Assembly (NCBI RefSeq): GCF_009914755.1
Contig: NC_060947.1
Strand: one strand, 5' to 3'
Length of the DNA: 64,000 nucleotides
Source: the human T2T-CHM13v2.0 reference genome, Homo sapiens
The notes under the pieces were generated by a model, which was not told the DNA's origin, ran no database searches, and saw only the letters and a program-made list of their open reading frames with translations. Below, one piece after another: positions 55,801-64,000 of this stretch; position 1 is the first letter of the stretch, and every line of letters begins with the position of its first letter. The translations under genes and the position numbers were made by a program.

Positions 55801-58800
55801 CAATGTACCATATTCCTTTAAAGCCCAGGGTAAATTTAAAACCTATAATTGATAATTGAAGGTCTTCTCTGTGACACTCTAACACTCCAATACCACCTTG
55901 TTGTAAGTGTAAACAAGGGCATAGCCCGAAAGCACTGAGGCCACTGACAACCCGTAGCCTTCCTATCAAAAATCCTTAACCCAGTAACCCATGGATGGCC
56001 CAAGTGAATTCAATCTGTAGCGGCAACTGCTTTGGTAGCAGAAGAAAGTAGAAAAATAACTTTTAGAAGAAACCTCATTGTGAGCACACCTCGCCAGTTC
56101 AGAACTAGCCTAAGGGGAAAAAAAAAAAAAAGCAAAAAGGTAGCTTACTAACTCAAAAATCTTAAAGTATGGGGCTATTCTGTTAGAAAAAGATGATTTA
56201 AAATTAACCACCGATAATTCCCTTAACTCAGCAGGTTTCCTAACAGGGGATCTAAATCTTAATTAATTACCATACAAAGGTCCGACCAGACCTATGAGGA
56301 ACTCCCTTCAGGACAGGAGATAGATGGTTCCTCCCGAGTAATTGAGGGAAAAAGACACAATAGGTATTCAGTAATTAATAGGGAAACTCTTGTAAAAGCA
56401 GAGTTAGGAAAATTGCCTAATAATTGGTCTGCTCAAACATGGGAGCTGTTTGCACTCAGCCAAGCCTTAAAGTACTTACAGAACCAGGAAGGAACCATCT
56501 ATACCAATTGTAAGTTAATTTGGACTAAACAAGGTCTTATTAATAGCAAAGGATAATTGAAATCCCAAACTTATAAGGTTTTCAACAAAAAGTAAAGTTT
56601 GCTAAAAGTTAACAGTGTAACATGTATTATCCTAACTTCTAATCTTGTGGTCTTAGGCAGTCTAGTCCACAGACATGAAGGAAGTTCGCTGTGGAAAAGA
56701 ATGGTTATCATCTTTGGAAAAAAAAAGGAAGAGAATTTATGTAAAAAGAGTGTTATATGGTAAATTCTTGTCCTAAAATAAATCTACTGGTTGTTTAAAG
56801 AAACAGATGTTTGCAACAAGTGAGAAAGTTGAGACATGTCAAAGAATTATCTGTGAAAGTCGTGAAAAAAAAAGTTATAAAAGGGAATTTATGCAAGAAA
56901 TGTTGTATAATTTAAAAGTAATTAGGCCTCCTGAATGTAAAACTATTGAAGAAAGTTTATGTGCAAGATGTATAAGGAAAGTAAAATATACCTTTGGTAA
57001 AAGGATTATAAGGAGGCATAAGAATGTGGATTTTTACCTACATTAAAAGGTTAAATATATATATATAGTTTTAAAGGTTTAAGCAAGTTTTGAAACATTA
57101 ATTGTAAAGGAAATTCTGTGTGTAAACATACTGGCTAAAGTTAAAGAGGTATCATCCAGTTTTTCTGTGAACTGGACATTAAAATAAAAGCACAACAGGT
57201 TTTTCTTAAAGCACTAACCTGCTCTTTAACAAAAATTATAAAAGGTTGAAAAGAGTCTATAAAAATCTTACCTTATGGTCACATGTTAAAATTGGATAAA
57301 TATGTCTACAAGGTTTTATTAAAATTGAGTTTAACATTAATAACACACTAAAGGTGAAATTTAGCTTATCTGGTATAAAGATCATACAGGAAGCATTGTC
57401 AAATATAAAATGGTGTTTGGCTTTCTTTGGTATAAAAACTAATAAAAATTGGTGCTAAAGGAAATTTCTCAGTAAGAAAGCACCAAGGACTATAAAGTCC
57501 ACTGTTGATGTCCCCACATTTAAAACAAAAGATCAATTTCTTAGAAATTATATACTTGGATTATCTTCCACTTTCCTTTCCCTCAAAACTAAAAGTCTTT
57601 TAGCACAGGTACCACCCCTAGAATTTCCAGTAAACCAGCACCAGCCTGAGGATCACGTTCTCATCAAAGGGTGGAAAGAAGGAAAACTCCAGCCAGCCTG
57701 GGAAGGACCCTGCCTTGTGCTGCTAACTACCGAGACTGCTGTTCGTACAGTGGAAAGGGGATGGACTCATCACACCCGAGTCAACAAAGTGCCGCCCCCT
57801 CCTGAGTTGTGGGCCATGGTCCCAGGGAAAAACCCTACCAAACTAAAGCTAAGAAAAATTTAACTCTCTTTCATCTATTCTATTACTCTTTCTTCTTTCC
57901 TCGCTCTATTGCTGACCATCTAGTTATTAACATAACCAAGTCAATTTCACCTCAAACTATTGCATTTAATGCTTGCCTTGTTATACCCTGTGGGGACTTG
58001 CTAAGTCAAAGCTCTCTACTTCAGAAAAGTACCTCTGTCCCTCCTGACTCTCCTCAGACTGGGCATTAGTGAATTGGCACCATTTAATCCGGGGGAGATT
58101 TTGATAAAGACCCCAGTGTCAACCAGGAGTCTTGCTCCCTGTTGTAGAGCTTTTATGCCGTAGTTAGTCCAACATTCTGTAGACCACTAAAGACCAAGAG
58201 TGGACTGCTCCAAACGGTTTTTGTAATTTCCTAAAACCATACATTCATTTTACTAGAAGGACGGCCCTCCCCCCTAACTGTCAGCTAAACCAATGTAATT
58301 CTATATGGGTTATTATCTCAAACTCTCAAAGTTCTCTCCCTTTTCTAAGCCAGTTCCCTTCTTTAAGCCTGGAATTGGCTTTTATGGTATAGGGGCTGAG
58401 GTTTCAGGGACAAACCCTATTAGATTCTTTAAAATGCATTTCTTTGATCCCCCAACGCCTGCACCTTCCTCTAAGCCTTCTTCCAAAACCTCTCACAACG
58501 GAATAATTGCTCCTCCTCCATCTAACGACAAGACCAAGATAGCTATCGTAAAAGTTAAAGACTTAAAACAAACTTTGGCAATTAAGACAGGATACCAGTT
58601 GGAATGGATCAAATATTCCATCCACACGTTAAACAAAAGCAATTGTTATGCTTGTGCACACAGCAGGCCAGAGGCCCAGATTGTCCCCTTTCCACTAAGG
58701 TGGTCCTCCAGTCGACCAGGCATGGGCTGCATGGTAGCTCTTTTCCAGGATTCTACAGCCTGGAATAGTAAGTCATGCCAAGCTCTCTCTGCTATATCCC

Positions 58801-59969
58801 GAAGTCTGGCACCCTGTGGGTCAGCCCCCGAGGGCCATCCAGCTTCAGTCTCCCAACACTAAGTTCACTTCGTGTCTCTCACGACAGGGAGGAGACTTAG
58901 CATTCCTTGTAGACCTGAAGGGATGCAGTGAGCTTAAGAATTTTCAAGAGCTTATCAATCAGTCAGCCCTTGTTCATCCCCGAGCGGATGTGTGGTGGTA
59001 TTGTGGTGAACCTTTACTGGACACTGCTGAATAACTGGAGTGGCACTTGTGCTTTAGCCCAGTTGGCTATCCCTTTCACCCTGGCATTTCATCAACCAGA
59101 GGAAGGAAAAATAACACATCGTAAAGCGAGAGAAGCCCCTTATGGGCCTTTAGACTCTCACGTCTATTTAGACACAATTGGAGTCCCATAGGGAATACCA
59201 GATCAATTTAAAACCCGAAATCAAATAGCTGCAGGATTTAAGTCAATATTTTGGTAGGTGACAATTAATAAAAATGTAGATTGGATAAACTACATCTACT
59301 ACAACCAACAGCGATTTATTAACTACATTAGAGATGCTGTTAAAGGAATAGCTGAACAATTAGGGGCAACTAGCCAGATGGCTGGGGAAAACAGGACAGC
59401 CTTAGACATGATATTAGCAGAAAGAGGAGGAGTTTGCGTCATGATGAAAACTCAATGTTGTACCTTCATCCCAAACACCACCACCACTGATGGAAGTATA
59501 ACAAAGGCATTGCAAAGTCTGACTACTCTGTCCAATGAGTTAGCCAACAACTCAGGGGTAAATGACCCCTTTACAGGATGGCAAGAAAAGTAGTTCGGTA
59601 AATGGAAAGGAATAATAGCCTCAATTCTTACTTCCCTCGCAGCCGTAATGGGTGTACTTATTCTTGTCAGGTGCTGTGTCATACCATGCATCCGTAGGTT
59701 GATGCAGAGGCTCATAAAAACGGCACATACTAAAACCTCCCTTAACTATCCTCCACCTTATCCAGAGAAGCTTCTTTTGGAAAATCAAGCAAAACAGCTA
59801 AGCCAAGACATGTTAAAAAAAGGTTTGAAAAGAAAGCTGTAAGGAAATACAAGGGGAGGGATTGTTAGATATGAGTTCTAAATTTATTTTCAAAGAATCA
59901 ATATGTCAGTATGTTCAATTCTTTACCTTCTACTTTTAAACTTAACTTCCTCATAAAGCAACCTTTTTC

Positions 59970-60085
59970 AATTACCTGCTCCACCCTGATTCATTTCAAT
60001 CACCTGCTCCACCCTGACTCATTCTGATTACCTGCTCCACCCTGACTCATTCCGATTACCTACTCCACCCTGACTCATTCCGATG
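59970..60085 (+). promoter_or_regulatory. 28-bp tandem repeat with AP-1 sites in the 3' LTR10
   Basis: Four units of ttacctgctccaccctgactcattccga; TGACTCA at 60015, 60043 and 60071. Confidence 0.9.
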
Positions 60086-61124
60086 ACCTGCTCTGTCATA
60101 ACCATTTTTCCTGCCAAACCACTCACCCTGTCACTGTCTTTAAATTAGCCAATCAGAATTAGTTTAGCCTGTGCGGTCTAACCCTAGCCAATAGGGGAAT
60201 GACACAGCAGCAGGGGCCGTATGCATCAGGGATAAGAACCCCTTCCCCTCCCTTGTCCAAGTGTGCACTCACCATTGCTCCATGTGTAAGCATGCACCCT
60301 TCTATAGAAGTAACTTGCCTTGCTGAGAATTAAAAGAAAATGTTATATTCGAGTGCTATTTCTTTTGCGGCACCAAAACTTTATATATAACATTTAGTAG
60401 CTCTATGTTGGCTTATATGTAACTCTGCAGTTGTATTTTTCCCATCAAAATAGGGGAAAACATAATTCTTGATCCTTTGCTGACTGCAGTGCTTTGCTTT
60501 TTAGAGCAGTGTCTCACATAACTGCTAATTGACATAAAACATTATCTCAGCAACAATCACTCACACAGAATAAAATACACACATTTTTTCTAACAACAAA
60601 ATTTTCATCTTTGAAAGTGATTGTTTTGACTTTATAATCACAAATCCATAATTTGAAAACAAAATTAATGGGAGTGTGGTAATTTTTAATATAAAAAGGA
60701 GTTCTCATTTGGAGAAATATATCAAGAAATATTTATGAATGAAATGATACAATGTCCTTGATTTTCTTCAAAATAGTATATCAGGTAGAAGGTGAGAAAG
60801 TTTGCCATGAGGTAATAATTTTTAAAGCTGTGAGATGAGAACATGGGAATTTATGTTTTGAAATTTTCCCTAATTAAGAAACAATTCATGCCCCCAAAAT
60901 GTAATCAAGGTAGAATACAGAAGATCATTTTACACAAACATAGTTTAAACACATAAGTATTGAAAAAATAACATAGCTTTAGTTGTTTTACATTTATTGT
61001 TGAATTTAGTATGAGGTTTTAAATTCAATAAATCTTTTTTGTGCTAGTAATCAAAAGAAATTGAGAATCAATTTTAGTTTATTCTTCCTCATACTAATAG
61101 CTTACATAAGAAGTCAGTTTTTTG

Positions 61125-62090
61125 CCACCCTGAAGGAAAGGACCTTGAGCAAGGCACAGTGCTGTGCTGGCTTGAGGTCTGACCCGGCACACTGCCAGTA
61201 GTGGTGGCTACATGGGTGCTTACATCACCACACCCCCAGTTCAAGGTGGCTCAGCACAGAGAGGGAGACCCCATATATTTAGGAGAAAGTAAGGGAAAAG
61301 ACCAAGTGTCTCTGTCGGTAATCCAGAGAATTCTTCTGGATCTTATCCAAAACCACCAAGGCAGCACCTCTACTACTCTACAAAAACCACAGCGTTATTG
61401 GGCTTGGGACACAAGTCCCAATCCTATTGCTGGGTATATACCCAAAGAAAGGAAATAAGTATGTCGAACAGATATTGTACTCCCATGTTTGCTGCAGCAT
61501 TGTTCACAATAGCTAAGATTTGGAAGCAACCTACATATCCATTAACAGATAAATGAATAAAGAAAATGTGGTACATTTACACAATGTGGTACTATTCTGC
61601 CATAAAAAAAGAATAAGATTCTGTCATTTGCAACAACATAGATGGAACTGGAGCTCATTATGTTAAGCAAAGTAAGTCGAGCACATAAAGACAAACTTTT
61701 CATATTCTTATTATTTTGTGGCATCTAGAAATCAAAACAGTTGAACTCATGGACATAGAGAATAGAAAGATGGTTACCATAGGCTGGAAATGGTAGTGGA
61801 GGCCAGGGGTGGGAGGTAGGAATGGTTAATGAGTACATAAAAATAGAAAGAATGATTAAAGCCTAGTATTTGATAGCACAACAGGGTGACTATAGTCAAT
61901 AATAATTTAAATTTACATTTAAAAATAACTGAGAGTATAATTGGATTGTTTCTAACACAAATAATAAATGCTTGAGGAAATAGATACCCAATTTTCCATG
62001 ATGTTTTTATGCATTGCATGTCTGTACCAAAATATCCTATGTACCCCATATACACCTACTATATACCCATGAAAATTAAAAATAAGAAGT
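61125..62090 (+). mobile_element. L1MA-type element: 5'-region-like segment joined to a 3' end
   Basis: 61125-61415 resembles an L1M 5' region; from ~61420 it is clear L1 3' sequence (caatcctattgctgggtatatacccaaa...A-rich end). Confidence 0.75.
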
Positions 62091-62436
62091 AAAATGAGCT
62101 TCTCTCACTTATACTATATTTTAAGTAGATTACAGAAGCTTCCCTGGTAACTTTTTCCAGTATTTAAATAACACCATTGTTGGATGACATAAGCTTAAGA
62201 AAATATTCATCACTCCTGGTGAGACAATACATAAATACAAAAATACATAAATATTTTATTGCACAGAAAAAGGGCAAACATAGAGATTTGAAGAAAATCT
62301 AGGAGAATGTGTACACTTGATTTATGTGAAGAAAACTTGGTTATTCTATTCTTAGAAATGTTAACTGGCAATGCAAAAATGATTAAAATTTAATTTCCAA
62401 GGTTAACTTTATTCATAACACTGCTTTTGGCAATGA

Positions 62437-63800
62437 AGATCTCATGAGAACTCCCTCACGGTCATGAGAACAGCACTGGAGAAACTGCCCCCATGAGCCA
62501 ATCACTCCCACCAGGTCCCTCCCTCAGCATGTGAGGATTACAGTTTGAGATGAGAAATTTGGGTGGGGACACAGAGCCAAACCATATCACTGGGCCCCTG
62601 GCCCCTCCAAATCTCATGTGCTTTTCACATTCCAAAACCAATCATGCCTTCCTAACGGTCCACCAAAGTCTTAACTCTTTCCAGCATTTATTCAAAAGTC
62701 CAAGCCTGAAGTCTCATCTGAGACAAGGCAAGTCCCTTTCACCTATGAGCCTGTAAAATCAAAAGGAAGCTAGTTACTTTCAAGATACAATGGAGGTACA
62801 GGCATTGGGTAAATTTTCCCATCCAAGTGGAAAAAAATTGGCCAAAACAAAGAAGCCGGAGGCCCCATGCAAGTCTAAAACCTGCCCAGGTAGTCAATAA
62901 ATATTAAAGCTCCAAATTCTCCTTTGACACCATGTCTCACATCCAGAGCATGCTGATGCAAGGAGTGGGCTTCCATGGCCTTGGACAGCTCCACCACTAT
63001 CGCTCTGCAGGGCACAGCTCCGCAGCTGTTTACATAGGCTGGCGTTGAGTGCCTGCAGCTTTTCTAGGTGCACAGTACAAGCTGGTGATGGATCTACCCT
63101 TATGAGGTCTGGACAATGGTGGCCCTCTTCTCACAGCTCCACTAGGCAGTGCCCCAGTGGGGACTCTGTGCACAGGCTCCAAACACACATTTCCCCTCTG
63201 TATTGCCTCAGTAGAGTTCCTCACGAGGGATTCACCCCTGCAGCAGACTTCTGCCTGGACATGCAGTCATTTCCATATATCCTGGGAAGTTTAGGCAGAG
63301 GCTCCCAAAGCTCAACTCTTGTCTTCTGTGCTCCTGCAGGCCCAACACCATGTGGAAGCCACCAAGGCTTGGGGCTTGCACCATCTGAAGCAACTGCCTG
63401 AGCTGTACCTTGACCCCTTTTAGCCGCAGCTGGAGCTGGATCAGCTGGAATGAGGGGCACCATGCCCTGAGGCTCCACAGAGTAGCATGGCCCTAGGCCC
63501 AGCTCATGAAACCATTTTTCTCTCTTAGGCCTCTGGGCCTGTGAAGGGAGGGGCTGTTGTGAAGATCTCTGACATGCACTGGAGACATTTTCCCCATTGT
63601 CTTGGCTATTAACATGTGGCTCCTTGCTATGTTTGCAAATTTCTGCAGCCAGCTTGAATTTCTCCTCAGAAAATGGGTTTTTCTATTCTATCTCAGCCTG
63701 GACTTCATTATCCATATCACTGTCAGCATTTTGATCAAGGCCATTCAACAAGTCTCTAGGTGGTTCCAAACTTTCCGACATCTTCTTGTCTTCTTCTAAG
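62437..63800 (-). mobile_element. MSTA/THE1-type MaLR: partial LTR (62437-62590) and internal region
   Basis: tgggtggggacacagagccaaaccatatca LTR terminus; internal sequence homologous to 3732-5210. Confidence 0.88.
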
Positions 63801-64000
63801 CAGAATCCTAAAGTGTGGGTTAGCAGATCAGAGGAGTGATAAAAAGCCTAAACTCCTCATCCCATCCACGAAGAGAGGCTTGGCAGCCTCCTGAGGAAAA
63901 GCTTTGTTCTATCTCATACTATAGCCTCACATTTTTAAAAACAATTTACTTAAACTCATTTCCCAGTAGAAATTGAACAAGGAGTATTTGTTCTGTGCAG

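Larger units (their letters stand above)
53897..60392 (+). mobile_element. HERV-IP (HERVIP10FH-type) provirus with LTR10F-type LTRs (53897-54371 and 59863-60392)
   Basis: Paired LTRs TGTTAG...TAACA; duplication TTTA (53893-53896, 60393-60396); PBS-Pro-like TGGGGGCTCCCCTGTGAT (54375-54392); polypurine tract 59851-59861; gag zinc knuckle; largely deleted pol; env with ENRTALDMILAERGGVC...QCC. Confidence 0.92.

Noticed and set aside
59970-60085. CRISPR-like array
   Set aside because: The units are contiguous with no unique spacers; it is an LTR tandem repeat in mammalian DNA.

Overview
Primate (human-like) genomic DNA, recognised from its translation as the 3' half of PRRG1 (TMG1, an X-linked transmembrane Gla protein). 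It contains the propeptide/Gla exon (1393-1553), a 27.1-kb intron, the last coding exon (28691-29176) and a ~3.7-kb 3' UTR ending near 32845. The intron holds a full THE1A provirus, many Alu/L1/L2/MIR/MER copies and a retrocopy of a domesticated transposase gene (FAM200B-like). It also holds an unusual sense-strand ferritin cassette: a 183-codon FTHL17-type ferritin-H frame broken by one TGA at codon 160, followed ~700 bp later by a second ferritin fragment covering essentially the lost C-terminus. Downstream (33.6-64 kb) is an almost continuous cluster of endogenous retroviruses. This includes a truncated HERV-H pointing back at PRRG1, an ERVL provirus split by nested insertions (one is an HERV-R(b)/PABL-like provirus carrying a tailless tRNA-Met retrocopy), and an LTR10/HERV-IP provirus with unequal AP-1 repeat arrays and G-to-A-type stop codons. 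I cannot demonstrate a new biological system from sequence alone; the ferritin cassette is the best candidate. Repeat subfamily names and protein comparisons come from recalled consensus sequences, not from a search, and the boundaries of old repeats are approximate.
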